From assembly GCA_030390025.1 (NCBI GenBank), contig CM059432.1, forward strand, positions 55,430,001 to 55,494,000: 64,000 nucleotides of DNA, given 5' to 3'. The stretch is from Squalus acanthias. Lineage: Eukaryota. The notes beneath the pieces are model-generated. The model made no database searches. It saw nothing but the letters and a program-made list of their open reading frames with translations, and was not told the origin of the DNA. This document shows positions 23,376 to 37,128 of this stretch, piece by piece; within the stretch, counting starts at the first letter, position 1, and the number at the start of each line of letters is the position of its first letter. A program made the translations under genes and the position numbers.

Positions 23376-25299
23376 AATGTGCCAAGACCAAATGCATTGG
23401 CTGTTGACATGCCAAGATACAGAACATGAAAGGTCACACCTAAAATGTGAACTTACTTTTTTCAGATATTGACCCGATCGGCTGTACTTTTCCAGCATTT
23501 TCTGTTTTAATTTCAGGATACAGTACACTAAATTGTGTCTGTTCACCCACGTGTCAATGCAGGGCACTGTCTTAGGGTAGTTCAAAATTTACAAGTGTGC
23601 TAAAATTGTATACATTTGGGCAACCATGTGGAAGTAGTTTTTAGATACAGTAGATTTCAAACCCACACCATGTCTTCATTTTATTTTTCAGGGGGGATTT
23701 TGTGAAGGATGAATTATAAAAGGGCCAAAGCTATGATCTGACTAACTCTGCTTTTCCTTGTCTGGATGTTTCTTCTTCAACTGAATATTGCCCTGGCAGG
23801 CTCTATAATTGAAAAGAGATACTGCAACCTCTGGTGCTTCACTCTTTGCTGGAATTTCGAATAAAAGTTATGTGAGACACCAGAGACAGTAGCTGCAGTT
23901 TATGGCACAGAATGGCTTTATGGAGCTAATGCGTTGTTTGAAAGCTGGTATGCACTCAAGTTCAACATAAAAGAGTTACTGAAATAGAAAAAATGCACTA
24001 CTGAACTTAAGTCTTCCGATATAGATCAGTGGCACGAAAGCAATTCATTCCAATAGTTGGAGAAGATTTGCTGTGTGCTATGTGTAGCAAAATCATAAAT
24101 GTGTTTTATAAAGAATAAGTTTCACATTCACTACACATAGTACACAAGGATATTATCCGCCAGCAGTTCAGCAATCTGTGTGAGAACAACCTTACAGAGG
24201 AACTCGAACAGAAAGTTATCACTCCAGCCTGAAACTTGAGTTTCCACTTATTTTTCCAATTGGCCTGTCTAACCTGTTCATTGTATGTAGAGTACAACAA
24301 ATGCAGAAGAATTTGTATTATGCACTACAAATTTAAAAATGGATTTACAATGGTGTTCTAACTAACACAGCATACATTCAGTCATAAAATGCACACAGTT
24401 CAGTGACAGGACTGGGTGCTATGCTACAGCAGAATGCCAATCACAGCAAAATATATTGATTTCACAATAACTGATGGTTACATTAAGAAGGACAGGACAT
24501 GATTCAAACAGTACCTGTTGCAAGTGTACATACAAACCAAATACTTAGATGGAGAGGTCTATCATTTATTTAGCTACTTCTAGACTAGGCCATAGTAAGC
24601 AAAATGTAGCACTATGTCCTGTCAGTGGAATTTGAACTTCAGCAATACATTCATGTAATACAAAGCTACCTGAGATCTGTGACAATAAGACTTACCCTTT
24701 ATGTTGCCATAATCCATTTCCCAACGCCAATATCATGGGATACCTTTAAAACCCATAAACCTCTTTTGTATAAAGCTCACATAACAGTGGATGAATATAA
24801 AAGTTCAAAAAGTTCTGTAATTATTGTCTTGAAAATTCAGCCAAGAAATTGTGTACAGTGTGTGGGGGGGAGAGAACTACACTGTAAGATAAAAGATAAA
24901 CCTTGTTCATTATAATTGCCACTATTTACGGTAATAGTTTGCTTCAAAGGTCATCTCACTAATAACAAAATCAAAGTGGGTTTTTTTCAGTTGCAATTCC
25001 CGTGCTCACCATTGCTATTAGAGCACATGCATATTGCTGCTGGCAGGCCTGTGTCTGTGTAGCCTGAAGTTAACACTGTACTGACACTTTCCAATTGTAA
25101 TTTAAAAATGTGTTGATTTTTTCTCTTTCCATATGTCAATTTGGAATGTTTTTATTCCAATATTTTTGTTTGTAGGATCAAATATTCAGACTTTGGTCAA
25201 AAGTCAAACTACTAGTAAAATAGTTGCAGACCAAATAATCACATCACATGACATTTATCCTTTCAGAAAGATCACAATACCAACCTATATTATAATTTT

Positions 25300-26824
25300 A
25301 TGATCCTCAGCACAGGCGTAGTTTATTAAATTTGGGGGGGGGGGCACTAATTTAAAATTTTCATACAATTGTTATCCTTCTCTTTTGTCTTTGAGTTGCT
25401 GTTGAGATTATCACTGCATTTCATATATGAATCATATAAAAAGGTCTCCTGCAGACTTAGACTGCTGTAGGTGTATAAAAATTAGTCAACGTGGTATGGT
25501 GTAGCACAGTGATAATTAGGATGAATTACAACTAAATCAATGTTAAATTCATTTATATCCCCACAGACCATCTCTTAAAAACAAAAAAAATTAAAAATGA
25601 CACGTTACAGGCAACACAGCAGGGAACCATAAGATATGTGATACTAGTGCACATTTACTCTCTTCATATATGTATCGTACAAAACTGAGAACCACATTGC
25701 CTCCATCCTCTAAACAGCAGTTAGCTTTTACCATTTTAACATTTAAAATAGAAAAGGTGTAGATGTTCTGAGTGTCAAGACTGCACATTCAGCCTACCAA
25801 AAGCTATGATTCAATGCATTATGGATAATTACTTGCATGAAATTAGGAGCTAATGAAAACAATGGCAGTAAGTGTAAATAAAGCATACAACTACCTGTGC
25901 AATACATAGAAAAGTAGTCTTGGGGAGGATACATAAGAGAGAACACAGACAATTCTATTAAATGAAATTACAAATTAACAAAGGCCTGCATTGTGTATAG
26001 TCAGAAAATGTTTCTAGACCAGATGCCATTAAAATTTACAGCAATACCCCCACTGAAAGCATCATGTAATGAAATCTTACAAATACCCTAGTAATGCGTT
26101 TAGATTAAAATGTCCAGGAGATATGTGAGCTTTTAAAAAAAAACTTTGACGGGTTAAGTACTACACCAAATAAGTATAAAACCATACACTACAAAAACAA
26201 CAAAAAAAATATTAAGAGAATAGTTAGCATGATTACGGACAACCCCTCTCCATTGTCACCTATTTGTAAACCCCTGAGCTTAACTGTAATTACGTACAGT
26301 CAGAATAGTGACGGCGGAGAATCTTCAACATACAATCATCAATTGCTCTCACTCCACTGCTTTGGTTCCATTCCTTCCAGTGAAGTGTCTCTGTTGACAG
26401 TAGTTCACTCTTCTTTGATCCAGGTCTACTTTTGACATGTTTTAAAATAAGCAGTACTGGTCAAACCCATGATAGAAAAACAAACACATTCTGCAGCTCA
26501 GACTGCCTTTTCCTGCCATGTTGAATAGGTTGATGTACCATGTCGTATGTAAAGCCTCACAAATCGCACAATTAACTCTCTTCTGGAGTTACTGAAGAAA
26601 CTGGCCTCAGAATGTAGCCCTCTCTTATCCCCGAGGACTTTGTCTCTGTTCTGATATAATTGTTTGTTAAAGTGACCGTGGTCAGACTATCAACAAATTC
26701 CGATTTTGTTTTCTACAACTGTGCCACTTTACCCTTCTCCTGGAATTATAAATTGTGCTCTATCACACTGTTATTAGTGCCACCCATCACCCTTGCTTGT
26801 CGTTTCTTGCCATCTGAAGTGAGT
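25300..26824 (-). other. GREB1L: Probable GREB1L 3' UTR; candidate AATAAA at 25327-25322 (alternatives at 25156-25151 and 24570-24565)
   Basis: Repeat-free, U-rich (minus strand) sequence after the stop codon. The true polyA site cannot be fixed without transcript data. Confidence 0.45.
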
Positions 26825-27025
<201 letters not shown>

Positions 27026-27902
27026 TCACCAAAATACAATTATTTCAAAGCTCATCTTCTAAATTATGTAATCTCACCCTAAAGTTAAAGTGTTGTTTCC
27101 CATGTCATAACAAGAGCTAGAGGCCTACTGCTGCCAGTAATTGCAATCTATCTGCCATTTGAAGCACTTTCCAGCATTAGTATAGTCGGGCTTTAGGGGA
27201 GAGGAATAAACAACAGTTACAATTCTGTTGGCTGACTGTGCAGTTGTGCCAGCAGCTGAAGTGAAATGATATACTGCTCTCTAGCAGCAAGAAGTCAAAA
27301 GAGAGAAGCTAACTTGTTGCAGCTTGGAGAGGTAGGCCATGGAGCAAAAATCAAATGATACGCCTCAGGTAGGCAGAGTGCAACACCTAGCAAGCACAGC
27401 CAGAAACCTGCAGCAGGCTTTCTACCTTTATATAAATGCAGTGTAAAAATGTGAAACTACAAAATGTGAAACTACAAAAGTAAATTGGCAGCAGGCACAG
27501 CAATTACTATATCTTTTCTGCAAAATGTTCTGTTCAGTAAGTAACCACTACATCATATATTAGTATTTGGATGTAATTTCCTATCCACCATCATATTTTC
27601 TTTCCTCATCAAAAAAATTGTTACTTTGTCCTCCAGCCGAATAGACGGGTTAGATTTATCCATGAACAATGTCAATTTCACTGCAGCATTGTCTGGTCGG
27701 GGATGACCTAAGATTCATTGCCTATTTCCAAGATGGAGCACTTTGTTTCCACACAGCGCTGCCTCTGAACATCCTAGCTGAGAAATAAGGAAACTCATCG
27801 AATCAAGGCAGCAAAGTTAAATATCAAACAGTCGAGCTCCCTGGCCATCCCGTATAAGCTAACTCAGCAACAATGTACAGACGAGAACTGATGCTCCATT
27901 AC

Positions 27903-28041
27903 CTTTAAGAAACATGAATTTCTTGAGAAAGTCAGCAACAACGAATGAGTCACAGAGGTAGAGGAGAAGTCCACTGAACAACACCTCCTCGGATTTTATG
28001 TTAACTGAGTGAGGTCGCGAACTTACGTAACACACAGAAAT
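27903..28041 (-). CDS. GREB1L: GREB1L coding exon ([14 protein letters not shown]...[13 protein letters not shown]...FLK)
   Basis: Translated by hand. Acceptor ccattctcAG, donor GTAATG. 139 nt, phase 0 to 1. Confidence 0.95.
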
Positions 28042-28835
28042 CTGAGAATGGAAAAGAGCAACAAAGTTTGTGTAAGGAATATCTGGTTCTTGCTTATAAG
28101 CCAGAACTATTTACTTGAGCTACCTTTCCGCCATATTTTTCAGTTTAAGTTGTTCATAAGTAATAATAACCCTGCTGTCAAACTGAGAACTGATGCAGAA
28201 GTTTGTAGCAACACTGCAATAGTGCTGAGGAATGGAAGGTCAGTCTTGAAGTTATGTGCAACTGGAATATAGCTACACTGAGCAGTGCGCCCAACCTACA
28301 CTGCTGGCCTGAAAAATGTATATTAATAAAAGAGAAATGATGTGAGCCGGATGTTAAATGAAGGATTCCAAGAAAAGGCAGAAGAAACTTGACAGCAACC
28401 CATTACAGATTGGTTAAATTAATTAATGTTAGTGCTAATTTAATAAATTGATGTTATTATTAAATAATTAAATCTGCAATCTCCAGGAGTTACTTTCTTA
28501 ACGCAATTCTGAAGGATTTATGAATATGATGACCTGATAGACCAATGGGTACTTATCAAGTCTCTCCTGTCTTTTTTGGCAAAGGCTGCATCTCCAAATA
28601 CATAAATTAAGAAAAACACATTTTATTTTATTGTTATCTCATCCAGAACACACTTTTATCATAATGTATCTGCTCAACATTCCTTCTGTTAAAGTATCAT
28701 TTGAACCAGGTACAGCAGCAAGAACCATACTAAATGTTACTAGTACAGAGTGGTAAAATGTGCTTCTCACATTCAGGATGAGTGTATGGTTGACATTCTA
28801 GTTCATTGCAGTAATCTATTTAAGCAAAGGCTCAC

Positions 28836-29036
28836 CTCAGGACCCAGGTTCATGTAGCAATCAATGGCTAAAACTGGGTTCTTACTGTTGCGTACAGCTT
28901 TAGGAAAGAGTTTGTAACTAGCATGTTGCAGGAACTTCTCCAGGAGAAACTGGGCAGGAGCAGCCAGCATTGTGCTTTCACTGTCTGGAGCACAGACGTA
29001 CTGAGAGGCTGAAATCATATTGAGGCTTTCGCTCAC
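28836..29036 (-). CDS. GREB1L: GREB1L coding exon (VSESLN...[15 protein letters not shown]...NLGPE)
   Basis: Acceptor gtacAG, donor GTGAGC. 201 nt, phase 0 to 0. Confidence 0.95.
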
Positions 29037-29251
29037 CTGTACGCAAAGAAACAAGGCTGTCAATGAACAGGTCAGGAAGAAAAATGAGTTGCTGTAAGGT
29101 TATCATTGATCAGTCCAAAGCTCTAAGACAATGACCAGAATTTTCCAGGGTGGTAGCGGGCGCGATCGGTGGCGGGTTGGGTGGGAAAGTTGTTACTTTT
29201 GACAGCGGCTCGGGAACCCGCTGTCATCCCACCCCCACTCGCCTTTCCCCC

Positions 29252-29325
29252 TTCATTGGCTGTAAAACGCTTTGGGATGTCCGGTGGTTGTGAAAGGCGC
29301 TATATAAATGCAAGTCTTTCTTTTT
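29252..29325 (+). mobile_element. DeuSINE 3' tail fragment next to a MITE end (about 29133-29240)
   Basis: ttcattggctgtaaaacgctttggga...gcgctatataaatgcaagtctttc matches the end of 3271-3720. Confidence 0.75.
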
Positions 29326-29994
29326 TTTGGAAACTAAGCACCTAATCCTCACATACAAATAAATCAGTAAAATATACAGGGATTTTAGCTGCAGCAGACG
29401 AATATCTGTAATGCCAAACAGGAATGACATGTGAACAGTTCATTAACTGCAAGTGTAGAGGTATCTGCAAGTTAGCTCGGATTTAAACATTTTACCAACC
29501 AATTAGGATCAGCCACATTTACAATACCAAGTATTTCCAGTATCATTGACACATTATTTGACTCAAGTGTAAATTTTACTCCATAGCTAATTGGAACTCA
29601 GAATAGGTGCAATAGACTTGAATTTAAATTTTTTAGTTATTGTTGAAGGAAAGTGCGGAAGACTTAAATAATTTTAATATGCCCCTCCGCAGCCTGAGCC
29701 TTGCACAGGAAGTGTTCTACAGGGAGGCCTGTGGAATCGAGAGCAGACTACTTAAAGGGCCACTGCTCAGAATTAAAGGTAGTGGTAACTTAAAGGTAAA
29801 TAGCCGCATGCGGGGTGGGGGGGGGGGGGGCACAAAAATTCCCCCAGCCTTTAGAAAAGCTGAAATTCGTTTTTAAAATATTTGTCAGCATTTTCAAGTT
29901 TTATGGGAGAAAAGAACTGTCAGGCAAAAAGGAAGATGAAAGTGAAATAAATGTCAATGCGTGAAAATGAGTCAATGGAAATTGGCAGCTCCCA

Positions 29995-30198
29995 GTGCCC
30001 AGTTTGATGGCTGGTGAAGTGAACATGCATGAGGTGGGTGCGAGGAGGCTTGCCCTGATTTGCACTTCAAGGAACTCTCCCAGGAGGAGAGCAATGTACC
30101 ATGCCTGGCACGAGGTGGCATCCAGACTGAATATTCTCTACAGTACCTGGAAACAGAGGTGGGAGAAGATGGCATACTTTAGGGATATGGCACGGTAA
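29995..30198 (+). pseudogene. Decayed Myb/SANT-like ORF exon of a Harbinger transposon
   Basis: AWHEVASRLN...TWKQRWEK followed by a GTAAG donor; same architecture as 53452-53690. Confidence 0.4.
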
Positions 30199-30974
30199 GA
30201 TTATGTAACACATGGATGGTGCATGTTATAAAGCATGTCAATCTGTTCCACATTTACTGCTTGCCCATGTTATGCTTCTGACCTTACAGCTCTTTCATTG
30301 CATTTCATGCCTACCCTCAGCAGTCAAGATTCAACGTACAATAAAAGTTTTGCCATGCTTTTAGACTTCCCAGCACTCAGGGATTGTATTCATGGCAGCA
30401 GTGACGCTTTGCATTTGGGAAATGTGCCAATATGGTGACATTGAACAAACATGTCACAGTGTTCAGTGGAAAAGGAAATAAAATGTATCGGTCACCTGTT
30501 TGATGCGTATTTGTGCAGTGCAGTAACTGATATTGCAGTGCTAACTGAAAATGAGTCATAGGCATAACACATAAGGGCAGTGGCGATCTTGCCACTCATT
30601 GGTAGTGCTGTCCCTATGCTGCATGATTGCAGCAGGTGTTCTTGTTGATCTTTAGCAAGTTGAGGCAACTTTCCTGGATGATTGGCAAGTCGGAGTGGCA
30701 ACGTCTGCAGAATGGTTGAGGATCTGCTGATCTCCCTGGTAACCGTTGGGTACCACCGCTAAAATGTGAGGTGCTTTACAAACAAAATTACCTTAAAGAT
30801 TGAGGAAAAATGGTCACCAAAATCTTTTTTAGAAAACGAGTATTTTAATTTAAAAAATTCAGCCATATGGAAAAACACTAAATAGGTACAGTAAACTATT
30901 TCTGCAACCATGGAGCTTCCCCTTGTTTCCATTCCAAACAAAGAAAAAATAGAGTAATTCCAACACAAATATCA

Positions 30975-31110
30975 GGGATGATGAAAGGGCATCGACCTGA
31001 AACGTTAACTCTGTTTCTCTCTCCACAGATACTGCCTGACCTGCTGAATATTTCCAGCATTTTTTGTTTATATTTCAGATTTCCAGCATCTGCAGTATTT
31101 TGCTTTTGTT
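30975..31110 (+). mobile_element. Short Penelope-like terminal repeat (second family), hammerhead core mutated
   Basis: atgatgaaagggcatcgacctgaaacgttaact...tttccagcat...ctgcagtattttgcttttg. Related copies at 23425-23516, 36374-36436, 42067-42202 and 52340-52480. Confidence 0.65.
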
Positions 31111-31366
31111 CTAATTTAAAACAGGCTGTATTTCCATAATTTTCTTTTTTTATTACAACTATTGGGCAGTTGTTTTAAATTAATTTAAATATTAAAAATG
31201 TAAAATTTAAAATCTAATTTTTTTTAAACTTTTCTTTTAACTTTACATGGCACATAGAGGTTATTCACTGTAACCTCTTGCGAGAGGTTCAATATCAGGT
31301 GAAATATATTCTTGTTTAGGATCAAGTGTGTATTCATAAAACTTAATATCACAGAATATTCCTTAC

Positions 31367-31508
31367 CATGATCTTGGGTTTTATGACAAAATCTTTATGT
31401 CCTCCAACCTGGATGTATTTCTTCATGAGACTAAAGTGATTGAATCGACAAAGGAGTAAACCACTGCTATTTGTCCGTAGGTTGAAGTCAATGTCTTCAC
31501 AGGTATAC
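31367..31508 (-). CDS. GREB1L: GREB1L coding exon ([30 protein letters not shown]...KPKIM)
   Basis: Translated by hand. Acceptor tttctaatAG, donor GTAAGG. 142 nt, phase 2 to 0. Confidence 0.95.
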
Positions 31509-31980
31509 CTATTAGAAACAAGAATGTTTTAATTCCTTATTTTTTCTCTCTACACAAGTGCCACTCACTGTAAAAGTCTGTGTACAAGGATACAAACTGA
31601 GCTACAGAGTTCTGCATAATCATGCCTCTTTCTAATGGGCTAAAGGGCTTCAGTTGCAAACTTACTCCATCGTTTTTTTCATTTCATTATTCCTGTCTAT
31701 GGCTTTTTGTCAGCCAGCTCCAGAATTCAAAGACAAAATAATCTGGTTGTGAGGCAGTTGCTCTACCATACATGATCAGGCTTCCCCCAAAATATCAGTC
31801 CTTATAAAAAAGAAAGCTAACAAAGGAAAATCTGTCTCGTCCCCTCCCCTCCCACCCCCCCAATCTAGAAAGAATGTTTATGGACACGAGAAGGAAGGCT
31901 AAAGTTAGTGGAGGAGGTTGGATTTCAGGGATCAGGATTATTGTCTGTGGCTGGCATATACTGGCACAGTGATGTCACCA

Positions 31981-32396
31981 CAGCGGCAGCAGCGGGAGCG
32001 ACGGACCTATGAGGGAGCAGCGGCTGTGGGAGAAAATAAAGGTCGGTGATTTTCAGGCCTAGTCGAGCAGCAGGAGCGGCGGACCTGCGAGGGAGCAGCG
32101 GCTGTGGGAGAAAATAAAGGTCGGTGATTTTCAGGCCTAGTCGAGCAGCAGGAGCGGCGGACCTGCGAGGGAGCAGCGGCTGTGGGAGAAAATAAAGGTC
32201 GGTGATTTTCAGGCCTAGTCGAGCAGCGGCAGCAGTAGGAGCGGCGGACCTGCGAGGGAGCAGCGGCTGTGGGAGAAAATAAAGGTTGGTGATTTTCAGG
32301 CCTAGTCGAGCAGCGGCAGCAGCAGGAGCGGCGGACCTGCGAGGGAGCAGCGGCTGTGGGAGAAAATAAAGGTTGGTGATTTTCAGGCCCAGTCGA
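31981..32396 (+). repeat. Five tandem CpG-rich units of 78-87 bp in the CR1 5' UTR
   Basis: Units start at 31981, 32067, 32145, 32223 and 32310; core ggagcggcggacctgcgagggagcagcggctgtgggagaaaataaaggtcggtgattttcaggcctagtcga. Confidence 0.95.
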
Positions 32397-32413
32397 GCTG
32401 CGGCAGAATTCGA

Positions 32414-32483
32414 GAGTGACGTCACAGTACAGAAAGTGACGCCGGCGCAGGGGAAGAAGCTGATTGGTGAGTAGTGGGTGAGT
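32414..32483 (+). promoter_or_regulatory. Putative CR1 internal promoter: CRE (TGACGTCA), CRE half-site, inverted CCAAT, two GGTGAGT motifs
   Basis: Same motif order conserved in the minus-strand CR1 at 10331-10393. Confidence 0.5.
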
Positions 32484-35169
32484 GCTTTTTTTTTCTTCAA
32501 TTTTAAGTTTATTTCTTTTAAGGTAGTTCATAGTTAAGGTAGTTCGGGAGAGCAAGAATCCAAGAGTTTAAATTTGAGGTAAGAGTTTTTTAATTAAAAG
32601 TATGGCACGGGACCTCAGTCCCATGCGTTGCACGGCCTGCAGCGTGTGGGAATTCCTAGACGCTTTTTGCAGTCAGGATGACCACATGTGCAGTAAGCGC
32701 CAACGGTTTGGCCAATTTGAGATCCGGTTTTCGGAGCTCGAGTGTCAGCTGGAGGCTGAGAGTTACATGGATAGCACGTTTTTAGACGTGGTCACCCCGC
32801 AGCTTAAGAAAGTGCAGTCAGAGAGGGAATGGGTGACCACTAGTCAGAAGTAGGGGGCAGGCAGGTAGTCAGGAAAGCCCCAGAGTGCATCTCACTCAAC
32901 AACCGTTTTTCTGTGTTGGAAAACGGTGAAAGTGACGGTTCCTCTGGGGAGTGCAGCCAGAGCCAAGTTCACGGCACTGTGGGTGGCTCAGCTGCACAAG
33001 GGAGGTGGAGTAAGAGTAGAAGGGCAATCGTGGTAGGAGACTCAGTAGTGAGGGGTGCAGACGTGACTCCAGGATGGTATGTTGCCTCCCTGGTGCCAGG
33101 GTCAAGGATGTCACTGAACGGCTGCAGGGCATTCTGAAGGGGAAGGGCGAACAGTCAGAGGTCGTGGTTCACATTGGTACCAACGACATAGGTAGAAAGA
33201 GGGATGAGGTCCTGCAACAAGAATTTAGGGAGCTAGGTAGCAGAGTAAAAAGCAGGACCTCAAAGGTTGTAATCTCTGGATTACTCCTGGTGCCACGTGC
33301 TAGTGAGTATAGGAACAGGAGGATAGAGCAGATGAATGCGTGGCTAAAGAGTTGGTGCAGGAGGGAGGGCTTTAGTTTCCTGGATCACTGGGTCTGTTTC
33401 TGGGGAAGGTGGAACCTGTACAAGTCGAACGGGTTGCACTTGAACCGGAACGGGACCTACATCCTTGCAGGGAGGTTTGCTAGTGCTATTGGGGGGGGGT
33501 TTAAACTAACTTGGCAGGGGGATGGGATACGGAGTGGAGCTATAGTAGGGGGTGATGCACAGCCAAATATAGAGGAAAAAATAAGTCAGTCTGGAAGGCA
33601 AGGCAAATATGTAACAGCACAAGGGAGTATGGCAAGGCTGGATGGCATTTATTTTAATGCAAGGAGTCTTGCGAGTAAGGCAGATGAATTGAAGGTGTTG
33701 ATGAACACATGGGAGTGTGATATTGTTGCTATCACAGAGACATGGTTGAGGGAGGGACAGGACTGGCAGCTCATTATTCCAGAGTATAGAATCTTCAGGC
33801 GAGACAGAGGGGGTGTAAAAGAGGAGGGAGTGTTGCAATATTAATCAAGGAGTCAATTACTGCAGTAAGGAGGGATGATATCTTAGCAGGTTCCTCTAAT
33901 GAGGCCATATGGGTAGAACTTAAAAACAAAAATGGGGCAAGCACTTTGCTGGGAGTGTACTATAGGCCCCCAAATAGTCAGGGGGAGATAGAGGAACAGA
34001 TATGTAGGCAAATCTCAGAGAAGTGTAGAAATAATAGGGTAATAATAGTAGGGGATTTCAACTTCCCCAATATTAACTGGGATAGTCAGAGTGTGAAAGG
34101 CTTAGAGGGTGCAGAATTCTTAAAGTGCATCCAGCTTTTTGAGCCAGCATGTAGAAAGTCCTACAAGAGAGGGACCTAATTCTAGGGAATGTAGCCGGGC
34201 AAGTGGTAGAAGTGTCAGTAGGAGAGCATTTTGGTGACAGTGACCATAATTCGCTGAGATTTAAGGTAGTCATGGAAAAGGACAAAGATGGACCGGAAAT
34301 AAAGGTTCTAAATTGGGGGAAGGCCGATTTTAATATGATAAGGCAGGATCTGGCCAAAGTGGACTGGGATCAGCTACTTGTAGGAAAATCCACATCAGAG
34401 CAGTGGGAGTCATTCAGAAAGAAAATAGAGAGAGTAAAGCGCCAACATGTTCCCATAAAGGTCAAGGGTGGGACCAACAAGTCCAGGGAACCCTGAATGT
34501 CAAGGGATATTCAAGAATGGATTAGGAAAAAAAGGGAGGCTTTTGGCAGATACAAAGGACTAAAAACAGTGGAAGCCCTAGAGGAGTATAGAAAGTGCAG
34601 GGGGGTACTTAAAAAAGAAATTAGGAGAGTGAAGAGGGGGCATGAAAAAACACTGGCGGGCAAAATAAAGGAAAATCCCAAGGTGTTTTATAAGTATATT
34701 AAGGGCAAGAGGATAACCAGGGAAAGTTGCTCAGACAGTTAAGATTTTAAGAGCAGAAATACGCTTTGCTAATATAACGATGTATTTCAAATGAGAAACA
34801 GTATTACTATTAGAAGTAAGACTTCAGAAGTATTGCGGTGACACCATAGAACAAAATGGTAATCTTTCATTATAGGGAGTGTCCAATCTAGGAGTGATAG
34901 GTTTAAACGTTACATCTGGTGCAAACCTATAGAACAGCTTGAGCTGTTGAGTTAATACTGAAAATTAATTTAAATTGAAAAGTTGCTTTGCCATTTGGAA
35001 CTCCACCAGAGCAATCAACAACACTTTTCTTACATCGTACAATGAGACAAAAGCATAATGGGAGATATCAATATTCACACAGACTGGAAGAAGCAGAACA
35101 GCTCAAGTATTAAAGGCAATTAATTTCTAGAATGTACTTTGGATCTGAGAATGACAAATCTGAATATTT

Positions 35170-36285
35170 TCTTAATGGTGGGTGAATAGGAGCTGTGAGG
35201 AGCAAAGGGATTTAGGTGTCCATGTACACAAATCACTAAAAGCTAGTGCACAGGTACAAAAAAGTAATCAATACTGCTAATGGAATGTAGATCCTTATCT
35301 CAAGGGGATTGGAATTCAAAAGTGAGGAAATAATGCACTGATCCTCAGCAAAGATATATTGGCATTTACAGTGCAGATTCGCCAGAATATTACCAAGGTT
35401 TAAAGGACTAAATTATGAGGACAAGTTGCATAAACTTGGGTTGTATTCCCTTGAGTTTAGAAGGTTGAAGGTGATCTAATTGAGGCATTTAAAATGATTA
35501 AGTGATTCAATAGGACAATACAAGGAAATGATTTCCTCTTGTGTGGAATTTAGAGCAAAAAGAAAGAAGGACTTGCATTTATATAGCGCCTTTCACAACC
35601 ACCGGACGTCTCAAAGTGCTTTACAACCAATGAAGTAGAGTCACTGTTGTAATGTGGGAAACGCGGCAGCTAATTTGCGCACAGCAAGGTCCCACAAACA
35701 GCAATGTGATAATGATCAGATAATCTGTTTTTGTTATGTTGGTTGAGGGATAAATATTGGCCAGGACACTGGGGATAACTCCCCTACTCGTCTTCGAAAT
35801 AGTGCCATGGGATCCTTTTACGTCCACCTGAGAGAGCAGACGGGGCCTCGGTTTAACGTCTCATCTGAAAGACGGCACCTCCGGAGTGTCAGACGAGCTT
35901 TATGTGCTCAAGTCCCTGGAGTGGGACCTGAACCCACAACCTTCTGACTCAGAGGCAAGTGTGCTACCAACTGAGCCACAGCTGATACTGTGGAGCAAGA
36001 GGGCATAAACTTAAAATTGGATTTTAGGAGTGAAATCAGGAAGCACTTTTTCACAAAAAGTGTCGTGACAATCTGGAACTCACTCCCCCAAGAGGCTGTG
36101 AATTTCTGTGGTCAATTGAAATTTTCAAGACTAAGGTCGATAGATCTTTGTCAGGTAAGGGTATCAAGGGATATGGACCAAAGGTGGGTAAATGGAGTTG
36201 AGGTACAGATTAGCCAAGATCTAACTGAATGGCAGAACAGGCTCGAGGGGCCGCATGGCCTACCCCTTTTCCTATTTTTACTTCA
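35170..36285 (+). mobile_element. Old CR1 3' fragment hosting a DeuSINE
   Basis: Degenerate RT C-terminus (RKHFFTKSVVTIWNSLPQ) and ggctcgaggggccgcatggcctac 3' end. Confidence 0.75.
35559..35992 (-). mobile_element. DeuSINE, full length, TSD GAGCAA
   Basis: Reverse complement of the 3271-3720 family; gagcaa at 35553-35558 and 35993-35998. Confidence 0.88.
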
Positions 36286-36605
36286 TGTGGTGAAAATCTA
36301 TTGAATTTTTCTTAATTTGTTAAGTAGCCAATGCAAAAGAGATAACAAGAGTCATCTTGAATCAAATTCTACTGTGACAAAAGGTCATCGACTGCTGCCT
36401 GGCCTGCTGAATATTTCCAGCATTTACTGTTTTTATCTACAGTGATATATTGGGAACATTATTATATTTTTTCTAAAAAGTCAAATGCCTGCAGTTTCCT
36501 CTATGGTCCAGTGGGTAAAGACAATACTCAATATAGAACTAAACTGCTTAAATTATAGGGTCCAGGTTTAATTCCCAGTCTGTCCTGAGCTAGCTGATTT
36601 CACCA

Positions 36606-37128
36606 GGGGGTATTTTAACTGCTTTCAGTGTCCGGCAGAGGCCTTCTTTAAATAAAAAAAATCAGGCTCTGATGACGTCATCGGGGCCCAACTGCTATTT
36701 TAACTAGTGGCCTGAGCAGGGAAGCTGTTGTGGCTTTCCCGTCAGGTAAACCTAGCAGAAAGAGGAGTCGGGGCCAGAAGAGAGCCAAACAGTTAGGTTT
36801 TTTTACTTTTCTTGTGGGGCCTGGATTCCTCAAGGTCCATAAGGAAAGTTTAGATCTCCCCTGCCCAGCCTGGGCTCCCCCAAAACACCTTCTCCACAAC
36901 TTACATGAGTGCCAGAGACCGTTCCGTCTTTCTGGCCGGCAATCCGCTCCCACCCGCCAGCAAGCTGCCACTTCCTGAGGTTTCAAGCAGGCAACTGACT
37001 GGAGGCATGCAGATGAGACCCAGAACTTAAAATCGTCCGAGCCTCACAATGACGAGTGCAGGCTGGTTTGCTCTCCACCTCAGCCCCCACCCGCCAGCCC
37101 GATTCCTGCCCGAGTTAAAATTGGGCCT
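36606..37128. mobile_element. GC-rich TIR element (MITE)
   Basis: Ends gggggtattttaact / agttaaaattgggcc; related to 40835-41550. Confidence 0.5.

Larger units (their letters stand above)
31965..34725 (+). mobile_element. CR1 5' half (tandem-repeat 5' UTR, esterase ORF1 from 32602, APE part of ORF2), antisense in a GREB1L intron
   Basis: MARDLSPMRCTAC, VVGDSVVRG, VHIGTNDIG, NGLHLN, YFNARS, AITETW, YRPP, GDFN, SDH. Confidence 0.9.

Noticed and set aside
1..25000. ESCO1 or another neighbour gene expected from mammalian synteny
   Set aside because: I recognised no matching exon peptides on either strand; nearly all ORFs here are LINE fragments or their antisense frames.
31925..32555. 191-aa and 182-aa repetitive ORFs on the minus strand; CRISPR-like periodicity
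   Set aside because: They arise from 78/87-bp tandem units whose lengths are multiples of three. There are no unique spacers or cas genes, and the context is eukaryotic.
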